From the NCBI RefSeq assembly GCF_009914755.1, contig NC_060934.1: DNA of 64,000 bases. One strand, 5' to 3'. This DNA comes from the human T2T-CHM13v2.0 reference genome, Homo sapiens. Within the stretch, counting starts at the first letter, position 1. Every line of letters starts with the position of its first letter. Positions 12,952-27,160 of the stretch are shown here, piece by piece. Under the pieces are notes generated by a model. That model ran no database searches. It had not been told where the DNA came from and saw only the letters and a list, made by a program, of their open reading frames with translations. A program made the position numbers and the translations under genes.

Positions 12952-13627
12952 TACAGTGGTGGCTTTGTAATCTGTCAACTTGGCAAGGCTGAACTACTTT
13001 TCCAGGTTCCCTTTTCTGTATGTTTCTGGCTTGGGTGGGCCAAAAAAGAGATTCTTTTGTGAGATTTGGAAAGAACAAAGCAGCAGGTCTTTGATAGCTC
13101 ATATGTATTGCTGTTTACTTGTTTGCTTACCTAAGTGGCATGATACAGACACTAAGACTACAATGGTTTCACCTTCCACTGGATTCTCCATTAGCTTATT
13201 GGACTCGTGGGCTAGATGTGTGTTTAGCTCTCTTGCAAAAAAACCCAGTTTCTGCAGGACACCCATACCACTAAGGCAACAGCCATAAGACCTGGCAGTT
13301 TATAGTTTGTCCTACTGAGTTCCTGAGTTCCAGGTCTTGCTGGTCGGTTCTAGCTTGTCCTTGTTCTTCTCTACTTTACGTCTGTCTTCCCTTCCTTCCT
13401 GCCTGCCTGCCTTGTGGACTTTGAGCTCTAGCATCAGTCTCTGAGGCAATAGCCTTACAGAAGTTGGTTAACCAGCTTTCACAAATGCTTAAGCACAAAT
13501 CATTATGCAAATCTACTTCTGCCTATCTAATCTATCTATCCTTCTTTCCATCTATCTATCCATCCATCCATCCATCTATCTTCATCATCATCTATCTATC
13601 TATCTTTTTCTATTGAGCCCTAACACA
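12952..13627 (+). mobile_element. MLT2E/F-like ERVL LTR containing a (TCTA)n/(CCAT)n microsatellite
   Basis: Starts 'gtggtggctttgtaatctgtcaacttggcaaggctgaactac'; TCTA/TCCA tract at 13521-13605 near the end, as is typical of MLT2. Confidence 0.75.
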
Positions 13628-15573
13628 CCCACTATATGCCATGAACCCAGTTAGGCACTGTTATCTCCAGCCCTTTCAACAGCACTATCTATTATAATTA
13701 TCCCTATGTTCCAGAACATTTAAAACCACATCTGCTTGATTTCTAAGTCTGACATCTTTTCATACTTCATGCAATCTTAACTACATATTATTTTCTCACA
13801 ATATTTATAAAATAAAACATATCCACATTAAAATTATATTAACATGATTCCACTAGCTCCCGCCAAAGCATTTGGCATTTTGAAGCAGGAACAAAAAAAG
13901 TTGATGGAACACAAAACACTAACAGAAGAATGTTTCCTTTTACTGAGGCCCATCTAGGAACTTTTCCAATGTGTGCTTTGAGAACTTAGATACATTTTGA
14001 TTGATGCACCAATTTTAACATCTGCTTGGGCTCTTAAAACTAGATGTCTGGTCTATAACGTCTGTCTTAAGTGTATAAAACAGAGAAAAACTCCAACTAA
14101 ATAAGTTCATCATTTATGTCTATACCATGACTTTTAACCTGAGAGACCCCTACTTGATTCTGAATCTTTAAGATTGAAATAAAATCTCTCTTTAGAAGAG
14201 ATGGTCTAAAATTGATGCCAAACAGAACATTTTTTAATGTGTCTGACCAACAGTCATTTTCTGTTCCTACCTCTACCCAAATTATAGTAATCTGTTACCA
14301 GCCACAGAGAAACTCCTCAAAAGGAAAATGCATGTAAAATGCTACAAATTGTCCTTGGAGCAGAGTCAGTTTTAACACATATTAGTCATTATTATTTTCA
14401 TGTTAATTATTGTTTTCTGTCATTATTTTGTTGCAGCTGGTAAGAGACTCTTCACTTTATGTCAACCAAATAGATTTTGCATCCCAAAGGCCCTGCGTGA
14501 TCTTCATGTTCATACCCTTGAGAATGATAGAAGCTTCTACTCTATGTGGTGTGCTCTGTGTGGCCAGCAGAGGGAGCAAGGAGTTCTTTATAAAAGTAAC
14601 CTTTCTTTCTGCCTCAAATTGGCAGATTGGAGATAAAGTGCTGATCTTTGGGACAAGTCAGCATTACACAGACTAGCTTCATGTAGAACAAGTATTTTTC
14701 ATTTCTAACTGTGGAATGAAAAAGAAAATGGTGTTTCTTCTCTTCTCCTAATTTTATGGGCCAATGACTCCTCTCCATACAAATTATAGAAAAATGCAAT
14801 TCACCATGAACCACTCATTGCTTCCCTAGCAAATTCATCCGTTGATAGCATACAGATAATTTATTCATACATTCACACGGTCCATCATTCATTCACAGAG
14901 ATAGATACTTAACAGAGACATAAGGTCCTATGTGGCTGACAATGTGAGTCATGTTTGGATGGATAGAAGATTAAGAAAAATAATAAGAGTATAGACATTA
15001 GAGAGGTTTTGATATATCTTTTACATACCAGTTTGAAGCAAGCTCCAAAATGATGCTAACAAGCCATGTAATTATCTGACTTCTCATTAGTGATAATTCA
15101 TTAGCAAGCCAATGTTATGCATGTCTGTTAATCACCTCCTGGTTATGGCTCTCTCTGGAGGACCACAAATGAGATTTTTAATTTTTCAAAACAGCTTTCA
15201 CTCTTTTCCTCTTGCATTTGCATAGCACCTTATGCTTCTCAAAGTTGATTGACACACATAATCTTATTTGATTCTCACCGTGGGCCTGAGAGGTCAGTTT
15301 ATTTACAAGTCCTCCATTGTCGACATGGAGTAGGGAGAAGGTAGGTACACATAGTGGCTGAATAACCTGAAACTGGAATTTAGGGTCCTGACTTCCAACC
15401 CCATTTGATATTCCTAGATGAGCTATCCATACTAGGTATTCAGTAAATGCTGGCCGGATGAATGTCTGATACTACTCTGTTTCACTGATAGTCTCTGATA
15501 CTTGCAGATTGTCAATTAACATCCAGAGAAAGAGAAAGTCATAAAGAGTTTGGTTTTAAAAATCAATGAGGTG

Positions 15574-15860
15574 GGCCGGGCGCGGTGGCTCACACCTGTA
15601 ATCCCAACACTTTGGGAGGCCAAGGTGGGCAGATCACAATGTCAGGAGATCGAGTCCCCCCGGCTAACACGGTGGAACCCCGTCTCTACTAAAAAAAATA
15701 CAAGAAATTAGCTGGGTGTGGTAGCGGGCGCCTGTAGTCACAGCTACTCAGGAGGCTGAGGCAGGAGAATGGCGTGAACCTGGAGGGGCTGAGCTTGCAG
15801 TGAGCCGAGATCGCGCCACTGCACTCCAGCCTGGGAGACAGAGCAAGACCCTATCTCAAA

Positions 15861-15893
<33 letters not shown>
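15574..15893 (+). mobile_element. AluY-like with (TAAA)n tail and 15-bp TSD
   Basis: Dimeric Alu with diagnostic 'ggagatcgag' and 'gagaatggcgtgaacc'; TSD aaaatcaatgaggtg at 15559-15573 and 15894-15908. Confidence 0.97.
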
Positions 15894-15895
<2 letters not shown>

Positions 15896-15900
15896 AATCA

Positions 15901-16040
15901 ATGAGGTGATGAAAAAGTTCTGCAACTATATAGTGATGATGGTTGTACAACACTGTGAATATATTTAATGGCAGTGAATTTTATACTTTAAAATGATTAC
16001 CATGGTAAAAGTTATGTATTTTACTACAAGCCTTTAAAAA
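15901..16040 (+). mobile_element. L1MB/MC/MD 3' UTR end (host of the AluY)
   Basis: 'ggtgatgaaaaagttctg...gatggttgtacaacactgtgaatatatttaatg...tactttaaaatg'. Confidence 0.8.
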
Positions 16041-16176
16041 ATGATATCAATAGAGGGGTCATTTGCATTCTGGCCACAGAAGGGACTAAAGAAATGGAAG
16101 GCTACATGTAAACTGGCAGTGTCTGTAAAGAGGATTCCAACTTTAAACAATGAGTTAGAGTATTCACAGTTCCTTC

Positions 16177-16563
16177 TGCTGAATTAAATTGTTTGACCAA
16201 AAGCTGCCTCCATACCTAGCAAATGGTAACCTAGGGTAACATGTAAACAAATTGCAAACTAACTTGAGAGTACATTCTTGTAGAAAATAACAGAGCCTCA
16301 GTCAATCTCAGCAGCCGAACTTTCAGGCAGTCACGGGCTGCAAACTGCTCAGGCATGTCTGAACAAGGCAAATGCTAAGCTGCAACCAATCAAGCTGTTT
16401 CTACGTTATCACTTCCTTTTTCAGTCAGTAAATACTGCCTGCTCACATTGCTGGGTGAAGCTCTCTGAACCTCTCTTGGTTCTGAGTGCTGCTGAATTCA
16501 TGAATCTTCTTTGCTCAAATAAACTCTGCTAAATTTAGTTTGTCTAAAATCTTTCTTTAAACA
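16177..16563 (+). mobile_element. MER57-family ERV1 solo LTR
   Basis: tg...ca ends; 'aaagctgcctcc', 'aaggcaaatgctaagctgcaaccaatc', 'tctttgctcaaataaactctgctaaattt'; flanks cttc/cttg. Confidence 0.85.
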
Positions 16564-17667
16564 CTTGCAAAGCTTCAATTCGATACTTCTGTTATTCCAA
16601 TTCATCAGCATGTTGGCTTGGGATTACACCCCTTCTGAGAGGAAATTTATTTTAATTTTACTCAAGCAATTTTCATCACAAAAACGATTAAAACATGGAT
16701 TTAGTTTTCAAACAGGTCTTAGTCCTTTGGGACAGAAGATGTAGTTTTACATAATAAATGTTTAAGTAAAAACAAAAACGGAACCCATGAGAAGTGAAGC
16801 ACCAGTTCAGTACAGACTTTGAGTTATTTCTAAGCTTTGGTGAGAGAAGCGTTGCCTGCCCCTATTTGGCCCCAAACACTCCTGACAACCATATCCGAGG
16901 TCACCGCGTGTATGTTGACAGAATCTTCATTCAGATGTTGAAAACATTTTGAAAATTTCTCTACAGCCAGCTAGGGAACACAGTTTCTTTTTCCCCATTA
17001 TGGCTTAATCATCAGCTTTCTTCTGCTTTCTTTTACCTTCATGTGGGGAAGGCCACCTAGTTCCCAGCCTGAAATCCGAGGAAAACAAAACAAAACAAAC
17101 AAACAAAAACAATATTCATGCCACAAGGTAAGGAATTAGTCATTTGATGTTTATTTAATTTTCTTCCTGACTGGTGAGATTTCCTACTTTAATACTGTGA
17201 AGGCTTTGAAATAATTTCCTTGCTGGTGTTTGAAATGTTTATTTCTTTGGGTGTGTAGTGCTCTTGTGGTGAAGTGCATCATGTACACTGCACGACCCAC
17301 TTCTCAAGATCACCCTCGGACGGGTCAGAGTGAGAATGGTTTGTCTTTTGAACTCACCTGTGAGGACTCTGTGAGAAGTGAGCCAGAATGAATTACACAG
17401 AAACTAATTGATTTAATTGTATTTCTTTTACAGTCTGCGTAACTCACTCATTTTGCTCTACTATTTTTCATGAAAAAACATTGCTACTCTGCATATTGTA
17501 TGTTCAGAAAACCATATACATTTATTGTCATGTAATATTAAAAATCTTTGTGGTCCCTGATGAAAAGAGCCAAATACATCCCTAGAGGGAAGATAGTTGT
17601 TAATGATTATGGTGTATGTCAATGGAATGTCACTGTGTCCCCCCCACGAGATGACTTGTGTTCAGAA

Positions 17668-17785
17668 GCATTTATTCATTGATTAGATCTCCTAGGTGTC
17701 AGGCACTGAGTTTGGTGCTGAAGACAAAACCATGAGCAAAAGCACCTATGGACCCTCCTTTAAATAAGTTTAGAAGCTAGTGAGC
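17668..17785 (-). mobile_element. L2 3'-end fragment
   Basis: 'tttattcattgatt...tgtcaggcactgagtttggtgctgaagacaaaaccatgagcaaaa'. Confidence 0.6.
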
Positions 17786-18779
17786 TGATTGATAGTCTCA
17801 AAGAGACCATGGCATTTGGGGTCAAACAGATCTGGCTTTGAATTTCAGGTAAGCCCCTTATTGTCACTTAGACCTCAACACCATACTAGGTATCCAGGAG
17901 GATAGTCAGTGTGTTCGGGAGAATAAGGCTCTGTACATATGACTGTAATAAGACACTTGCTCATTTCCATCCTGCCAAAAAAAAAAAAAAACTCTTCTAG
18001 CTAGAAATTTTTATTACATCTCTTCCTCATGGGAAGAATTGCCCATTAGCTCTAGTAAGTTGGTAATTGTGTTATGCCTGTAAGCGGGGAGAAGTAAGCT
18101 AAATGTATTCCTGACTTATAGGTTTATTAACATTTGAGCTCTAGTTAATTTGAGCACCGTTTTAGAATAGAATTTAGGGCAAAGGAAAGAACAGGAGGAA
18201 GGAGGCTTATTTGTGAGCAGGTGGTAGAAGCAGGTAGGAAGGGAGATGAGAATGAATCTACAATGAATGAATACTCCTCTTAATTATGTATTAACCAGAG
18301 GTCTTCATTATTTGATGGACTACCTTGCCCATTACTACCTTTCCCTTCTGGTATTTAATAACTGAACTGTTTATTGCTTTAGTGGTAAACTGTGTCAGGA
18401 ACCTGCAGTCCCAGAATTTTAAGAGCCTATGATTGAATTGGTTGAAGAAATCAAGAATAAGGAGTCCTGTATTATAGCCCATATGTAGGCAGTCATCTCT
18501 CCTTGGGAAGTCAGATGGGCTGGAACAGGGGAACAGTGGACAAAAAGAGAACAAAAAAGCAAATATTCTGTGCTCTAAAATATTAACATATAGAAATTCG
18601 AGTCATGGTTGAAAGAAAAAGGGTGAGGGGATCTAATGGTCAAAAATAAAATAATAATAATATAGAGCCTGAATCTTGAAGGATTTTGTTTTGTTTTCCT
18701 TACGTGCTCAGAAAAGGCCTAGATAAATGGAGCTTGAGGATACAAAAATGTGTCAGAATGAAATCCTCATGAAAATATT

Positions 18780-19022
18780 ACATGGAAGTCATCACAACTC
18801 CACGGGACTTGGAGTACCTCTCTGCACCAAGATAGCTGGCTGATTTTCTGCTCAGTGACAATTTTACTTGAAAGCAAGAATTGTCCTAGCTCCTTTTCCA
18901 TTATCCCAAAAAGTTTAACATTCAAAGCAGGGTCTCATTAAAAAAGAAACTACTGGTCAGTTAATATAATTGAGATATCACAATTTCAGAATAAACATTT
19001 TATTAAAAATAAAAATAAAAAA
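18780..19022 (+). pseudogene. Candidate retrocopied mRNA 3' UTR fragment (parent unidentified)
   Basis: Non-repeat, UTR-like sequence ending in AATAAA (19000 region), ATTAAA and an A-rich tail 'aaaaataaaaataaaaaa'; no clear TSD. Confidence 0.4.
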
Positions 19023-19093
19023 GTATTCTATAGTAAAATATTAGTGGATGTTCAAAAAAAGCTGATAAAGGTAATTCTACTTTGTCCTCTGAT

Positions 19094-19095
<2 letters not shown>

Positions 19096-19131
<36 letters not shown>
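19096..19131. repeat. (CA)18 microsatellite
   Basis: Direct reading. Confidence 0.98.
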
Positions 19132-19133
<2 letters not shown>

Positions 19134-20169
19134 GTCTCCCTTTTTAACATGATAGAAGGTATCTTTTGCTGATTCTTCTAGGCTACCTCCTCCAACTAAT
19201 GCTTCAGACATGTAAGCACTACAAGAACCTTACCATCTCCTACTCCTAGATCAGTCCCTGACTCCACCTGATGAAGGAGGACATACACTCCCAGGGGAGC
19301 CTTGGGGTCTGGAGAAGTCTGCACCCTGGCTGGGAACATTTACATCTCAACCTGTCTTGAAGGTGTCTTCGTGGTCTTTTTCAAAGAGGTGGAGAACAGG
19401 GCACTGACAAGGTGGGCGCCAGTGACCCAAACACCCAGGAGGTACTCCTTATTCTACACCACCAAAGTAAAAGATGTAAAAAAGGAGGCATGGCAGGACA
19501 AAGCCACTTGCTCAAGGTCTCATGGAAAGAATGTACAGCTGGAATCAGTCCTTTCAATTTCAAGCCCTATTTTGCTTTTCCACTGTGCCATTCCCAAAGC
19601 CATCAGAGGAGGATGTAATGTAGGCCCAGACCCCTAATCTGTCTATGTGTGAAGAAGAGCTTCTTCAACTCTCAAATATGTATGCATCCTCAGTGTCAGC
19701 ACTGAGTATGTGCTCCTCACATCCAAAGATCCCAACACCAATCACTGGCATATAAAAGTACCCTTCGAGACACTGTCTAGTGGTGATACCATAGCTGCAT
19801 AAAGCTGTCCATAACTGTTTGATCAAAGATCTTGGCAGTAGATTAGCCAGACAGAGAGTGGGGTGCCGTCTACTGCCATGATACGCAGAAGGGCTCTGCA
19901 ATTAGCTCAGGGGGCCTCAGCTTGGATGTATAATATCCCTACTTGTCCCTGGTTAAATATTTTGCACAGCAGGCTTTGAAAGTCAGTGCAACCTAGGGAC
20001 ATGACCAGAGGAAAATAAACACAAATAGTGCACCACTAGCCATCAAAAAGAATGTCATAAAAGGGATTTGGTAGTCAAAAGTGAACAGCAAATAGAGAGA
20101 AGAGATTAGCCTGGCTTCTCAGGAGGCTCTGGATTCAGATTGCCTGGGCCACAGTTGTGCCTCTGCTGC

Positions 20170-20554
20170 TATTTTAAATGGATTTCCTGGGAATCAGACT
20201 CTGATACAAACATGATTGCACTGAGTTATTGGGGTGTGCTCTTAAAATCTGTAGAGGAGTGAAGGAGTACAGTGAGGCTGAAAGAGGAGTTGAATTCACA
20301 GGATGCAGGCGCAAGAAAGAGTCCCACAGCTTACTCTGGAATTAGGATGACCTTCTGAAATTACCGACGAAGTGGGTGTGCCTGGTCTTCATTTCCCTAT
20401 AGTGACCTGTCATTTGATTCAGGCTGTTTCTGGAGAAGGGAACAATTTGGGCTAAGTGATCTCTTTCCAGCTAAGAGATCAACACTTTCAGCAGCTAAGG
20501 GAAAGAGTACCCCTGCCTTGAAGGAGGACTCTTGCTGCACAAAATATCCTTTAT
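20170..20554 (-). mobile_element. LTR16A-like 3' LTR of ERVL provirus
   Basis: 'ttcctgggaatcagactctga...ttattggggtgtgctc...gaggagttgaa...cagcagctaagggaaagagt...cttgaaggagga' is antisense LTR16A. Confidence 0.75.
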
Positions 20555-20924
20555 GGTTGACCACTGATGCCACTGAGATCCGATTGCTTCAAATATGTTC
20601 TGTGAATAGCATCATTAGGATTCTGTTTTTCTCTTTTACTATGGAAATGGGAAAGACAGTTTTGTGAAACAAACTGTGGCCCCAAATGTTGCAGCTAAAC
20701 TAAAAGCTACAACTGAAACTCACCATAGCTCTCTCTTACTACCTATTCTCAATTCTCAGCACCCTCAGCTAGCACTGCTGTTGGTATCAGGAGCTAACTT
20801 GGTATGGTGGTGTACCTTCAAAAGATCTGAGTGATCTGAATCCTTGGTCATTCTGCTTTTCTCAGGCCATGGCCACTGCTCTTGCATGTTCACTATCAGA
20901 AACAACAAACCAAAATGACCCAAG

Positions 20925-20969
20925 TTTAATAAACCTGCACTTGTACCCCTGAACTTAAAAGTAAAAAAA
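20925..20969 (+). mobile_element. Tiny L1P 3'-terminal stub
   Basis: 'aataaacctgcacttgtacccctgaacttaaaagtaaaaaaa' is the last ~45 nt of L1PA/PB. Confidence 0.75.
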
Positions 20970-22811
20970 TTAGCAAGAGACACTCTGGAGGATGACCTGG
21001 ATGCTAAGCATACTCTTTCCTGTCCCCGTTGCATAACAGCTATACTGTCTCAGGCAAATGACCAGAATCAGGTACCCTTCCCTTTCCTGCTAGGCACTTG
21101 ACATGAGAAGGCCAAAGTAATGTGGCAAAAACCATGATTTGAAGTGTATTGAGATACTTTTCTGTTCCGTGGTGAAAGCACTTCTTCCTGGAGACTAGGG
21201 TCTGTAAACCTCAAAGTACAGAGCTGTGTGCATGGGAAGCATTAAATTCTCCCAAGGTATCACCTGGAATGATAGTAAAGAGCACCACTCCAATTTCACT
21301 CACTCCTTAATTTTAAGACTAATGCACTCTATGTGTTGAAGACAGCTATAAAATAGTTGTTAATGTCAACCATCTCCTACTGAAGGTACTCTGTATCTTC
21401 GATGATAGTGCTTTGTCTCCACATAGGCACATCAGCTGTGCCTTGTATAGGTATCCCAACTGCTTCTCAAAGGTATTGCATGAGATAAGACCAATGGGTC
21501 CATGGTCATAGTCCAATTGCCATATCTTCTTTATTGTAAAGAGGGATTCTTGGGCTGATGTGACGGTATGCAGGGCCCTGTGTCAGTGGATGAAATTCTC
21601 TGTAATTCTTAAGATTGTGGTACCAGTTGAGGCCCTGTGAGCAGCAAATGCAAATCCATATTCAGTTTATGTCTTTATTCTAGTCAAGACAAATTCTTAC
21701 TGTTTCCAGAGTGAAAAATGTCCAATGTAATTAACTTGTCAAAAAGTGGCTGACTGGTCTTCTTGAGAGATAGTCCCATGCTGGGCACTCAGTATTGGTT
21801 TCTGTTGATAAACGAATAAACAGTTGTCATTTATAGTAGCTAAGTCATCCTTGATGAGTAAAATGCTGTGTGATTTTACTCATATGCATACCCTCTATTC
21901 CTACCACCATAGCAACTTTGTAAACAAAGCGCAGGAGCAGCCAGCTATAGAGACTGATTGATATCATCTGGCCAAATCATTCTGCCTACTTGGTTGTTTG
22001 GTGGCTCCTCTGTGATAGATGCCTTCTGGTTGGTGTTGGCATTAACATGTAATATCAAGATCTTTATGCTTCATGCCTGCTGTCAGAGGTCCACTACAGT
22101 CCTTTTAGCTGGATTCATTGTTCCTAATCTTCCATTCCTTCATCTGCAAAGTCCTGAGCAACTAGCCAACTCACATGTCATCCATGAGTCTGTAGGTATT
22201 CTTCCCCCAGGCCACTTCTCTGTCCATCCGAAGAGAACAATAAAGTACACTGGCCAAAACTTTGGCCCACTGGGAGTATTTCTCCTCACTGCTGCCTTTT
22301 AGGGTCACTTCCCAGCATGGCTGTAGTGCATCAGCAGTCTATTTTTGGTTTCCACTCACATATCAAGTGAGTAAAATGAGACTCAGTTTTATGAATGAGA
22401 CTTGGCTTTGTTCCTCCCCTGTCAACTGGTCATAAGTGACTCCCCTCAGACTGAGACAGTAGGGGTGGACCAAAGAGAGGAACCCATTTAACAATGGCTG
22501 TTGATAAAAAGTCTGGACCACCTGTATGTGCAAACTTGCTTATTCTCCCAAATATATGACTTATATCTTATGAATATAGGTTGGTCGGATCAAATTTAAC
22601 TCACGATAACTTATTATGGACACCTGACTGATTCAAGCCCTGTTTGTCAAGAGCTCTGTAGCTTCATCAGGACCCAGTAACACAACAGGAGTTATTTTCC
22701 AATGTATAATTTTCTACTGCAGATGGCATAGCCTTGCTCCAGAAACCTTGTGGTGCCCTACAACCCTATGTTGTCAATTTTTAGAGCTTCCTCAAAATTC
22801 TATATGACATA

Positions 22812-23167
22812 TGCTAGGTTCTGAATGTCAGTGCCCCACCAAAATCCATACGTTGGAACCTAATACTCAATGTGATTGTATTAAGAGGCGAAGCCTTCTG
22901 GGAAGTGATGAAGCCATAAAGACTCTACCTTCATGAATGGAATTTGATACCCTTATAAAAAGAGGTTGAAGGGAGCTGCCTTGCTCCTTCCAACATGTGA
23001 GAACACAAAGGAAGTGTCATCTATCAGTATCAGGCCTGTACCAGACATGGAATCTACTGGTACCTTGATCTTGGACTTCCTAGCCTCCAGAACTGTGAGA
23101 ACTAAATTTTTTTTGTTTATAAATTATCCAGTATGTTTTGTTATAGCAGTCCAAAGAGACTAAGACA
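22812..23167 (+). mobile_element. MLT1A/MSTD-type MaLR solo LTR nested in the ERVL
   Basis: 'tgctaggttctgaatgtc...accttgatcttggacttcctagcctccagaactgtgaga...gactaagaca'. Confidence 0.9.
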
Positions 23168-23441
23168 TCTTTTCCTACCATAGATATTTCTAACACTATA
23201 GGGTTTTCTGGATTTATGGCCCAAGTGGAAGAACTACTTGCAACACAGCCTAAACCTATAGCAGAGACTTTTTATTTTGGATCCAAGTCAAAGCTGGTAT
23301 TCTTTTGCCAGAATAGTATTTTCAAGTATGAAATATTTTACCTCCAAAACATGAAGAGGCTTACCAGGAAGCTATGCACTATTTACCTTTTTCATAGCTT
23401 TCTGAAGATCAGGCCATAATGCTACTGGCCCAAGTGTTTAT

Positions 23442-23863
23442 TGTATGGGCTGAAATGTATTCTCCCCTATTTATATATTGAATCCCCAACCCCCGATGTG
23501 ACTGTACTTGGAGATAGGGAAATGGTAATTCAGGTTAAATGAGGTAATAAGGATGAGGCCTTAATCTGATGCGACTGGTGTTTTATAAGAAGAGACAAGA
23601 GAGCTCTCCCTCTCTCTCTCTCATCTCCCTCCCTCCCCCTGCATGCACACAAAGGAAAAACCACGTGAGGACACAGCAAGAAGGTGGCTGCCTGCAAGCT
23701 AGGAAGAGAGGCCTCACTAGAAACCAACACTGCTGGCATCTTAGTCTTGGATCTTCCAAGATATCACAATATCCAGAGCTGTGAAAAAATAAATTTATGT
23801 TATTTAAGCAGAAAACTCAGCCTATATGGTATTCTATTTTAGCAGCTCAAGCAGACTAATACA
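23442..23863 (+). mobile_element. MLT1A1/MLT1B-type MaLR solo LTR nested in the ERVL
   Basis: 'tgtatgggctgaaatgt...gtgactgtacttggagataggg...gagaggcctcactagaaacc...gcagactaataca'. Confidence 0.9.
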
Positions 23864-24923
23864 CTCATTTTAATTGTGTACACCTTGCTTTTTATGAAAG
23901 TTCTACCAACTGGCCTCTATTTTTTTCCAGATTCTGTTATGAACGTTGCCATCACTGAAACCAGCTGTGTAACATCTTCCACCGTCATCCCTGCCTACAA
24001 AGGACAGCTATCACTGAGCTTTTCAATGGTACTGGTGTTCCTCTCTCCAGCACATTCCTTATTACATTGGTAAATGGAGTATACTTGGGGCCCTCCTGCT
24101 GAACTGCTCAGCTGGTGTATTTTTTAGCCTTAAAAACATGTCTATCATAGCATGCTATTTCTCCGTCTTTTGATTCTTTATTCCAGCACATACCCCACTA
24201 GGCATGAAATTTCTATATCACTTTCAAAAGCCTCCCAAGAGTCCTCCTAAGACATGTTAACACCATCTTTTGGGATCCTTACCAGGTATTAAATTCCATA
24301 TCGCAGGAGAGTGTCCACACTCTTGATGATCCCACCCTATTTTCTACTCTCATTGATCCAGTACCATCAGAATCCAGTCTCATATATTTTCACCTGGCTT
24401 TTTCTGTACATGTTGTCTATATTCTGTAGCTTCTTCCAGCTATAGTTTCTTTTCTCCTTTAGAAGATCCAACACTTTCCTGGCCGGGTTATATAGACTTG
24501 ACCCCAGTTTTTGGTCTAATGGCCAGGAAGAGAGGCGGAGGCAAGGCAGTGGCCTCTAAATTTTCTTTAAGCAAGAGGCGAGGTCTAGGCTATAACAGGG
24601 AAAAATGAACCACTTCTGAAAGTAAAGAGAGTTTAGAGGGATCTGAGATTTCAAGGTTTTTGAGTGCATAGATCCAGATGTTCCTATGCCAAGTCTCAGG
24701 GTCCTACTCCTTCCCAAGTAGGTCCACGAACCTACTCCTTACCTTGCACAGCAGACTAGCTAAGTCTGAGAACTTAACTTTTTCTAGAGTTGTATTACTC
24801 TTAAAATTAATTCTTGACCATGAGCCTCAACATTCCCTGCCTTCAGACTCAGGTGATAAGTCTCCTCATTTGTTGCCAGTGAGGACCTTTGACTTCCACA
24901 CTTTACTTTCAGTTGGTGATTAA

Positions 24924-25981
<1,058 letters not shown>

Positions 25982-25989
25982 GCCTGGCC

Positions 25990-26130
25990 CTATCTCTGTG
26001 ACTTACATTCTTAGCTATACACTAAAAAAGATAACAGGACCAACTTTATAAGGTTATTAAAAGGATTAGATAGTTTAATTCATGTGAAGTGCTCACTAGT
26101 GTATAGTAAGCGTTCATGAAAATGTTATAT
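25990..26130 (+). mobile_element. MIR fragment
   Basis: 'ataaggttattaaaaggattagatagtttaattcatgtgaagtgct...tagtaagcgttcatgaaaatgtta'. Confidence 0.6.
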
Positions 26131-26385
26131 TCCAATAAAAACATCTTGGTGTTTTAGTAATAATACTATGATGTATCTGAGTTAAAACTACAGATTTAAA
26201 GAGGGAATTGGCATGCCATGTTGCATTAAGTAATCCTCATTAAGCTGTCTTAAATAATTCAACTTGCACCTAAAGAATCCCTAACTGGATAGAGGTGACA
26301 TCAGTGAGGACCACGTGAAGAAGATTCCTTTAAGAAACTTCTTGGTACCGTGTATTCACATTAGCTAGCAGACATGAACAGAATG

Positions 26386-26670
26386 CAGTAGTCCCCCCTT
26401 ACCCATGGTTTTGCTTTCTGAGGATTCAGTCTGAAAAACAGTAAGTGAAAAATTCCAGACATAAACAATTAATAAGTTTTATATTCCGTGTCGTTCTGAG
26501 TATCATGATGAAATCTTGTGCCATCCTACCCCGGACATGAATCATCCCTTTAGCGTATCCATATAATAAACGCAACCTGCCCGTTACTGTATAGGAAAAA
26601 ACACAATGTATATAGGGTTCAGCACTATCCTTTGTTTCAGGCATCCACTGGGGATTTAGGGGGACTACTA
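26386..26670 (+). mobile_element. MER44A (Tigger-derived MITE)
   Basis: TIRs cagtagtccccc / gggggactacta; 'aaaattccagacataaacaatt', 'tttcaggcatccactgggg'. Confidence 0.9.
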
Positions 26671-26909
26671 TAGTATAGACTTGTTTATCTGGTAGTCTAA
26701 GACTGCCTTTTCATAGACGATTTCCAAGCCATAGGTTATAAATAAAGATGTTTGTTCTGGGTTCTACAAGACGAGAGAAAGTTGCGGGAACATAGAAGAA
26801 CTGACTCAAGTAAAAAATATCACTGTGGGAAGTCATGAGCAGCTGGGGTAGCCAAAAGGAAGCAGTGGAAGAAAGGCCTATTGACTTTTGTATAGTAAAT
26901 GGAGGCAAA

Positions 26910-27160
26910 ATATAGATATCTTTTGAGTCACATAAGCCTGTTTATGAATCCTCAGTCAGTCTCTTAAGTGTAGGAGTTATCTTAATTGGTATGAGTTTAT
27001 AAAGCAATGGTTTTTTTTTTGTGCATTGTTAAAATGACATGATAATCCTGCCTAATTTATAGTTTTGTTGGGAGAACTAAATAAGACAAATTATTTAAAG
27101 TGTTCAGTGCAATGCATGGTACATGCTGAATATAAATAGTTACTGGTTATTAGAATTATT
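26910..27160 (+). mobile_element. MIR fragment
   Basis: 'atagttttgttgggagaactaaataagac...aaagtgttcagtgcaatgcatggtacatg'. Confidence 0.6.
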
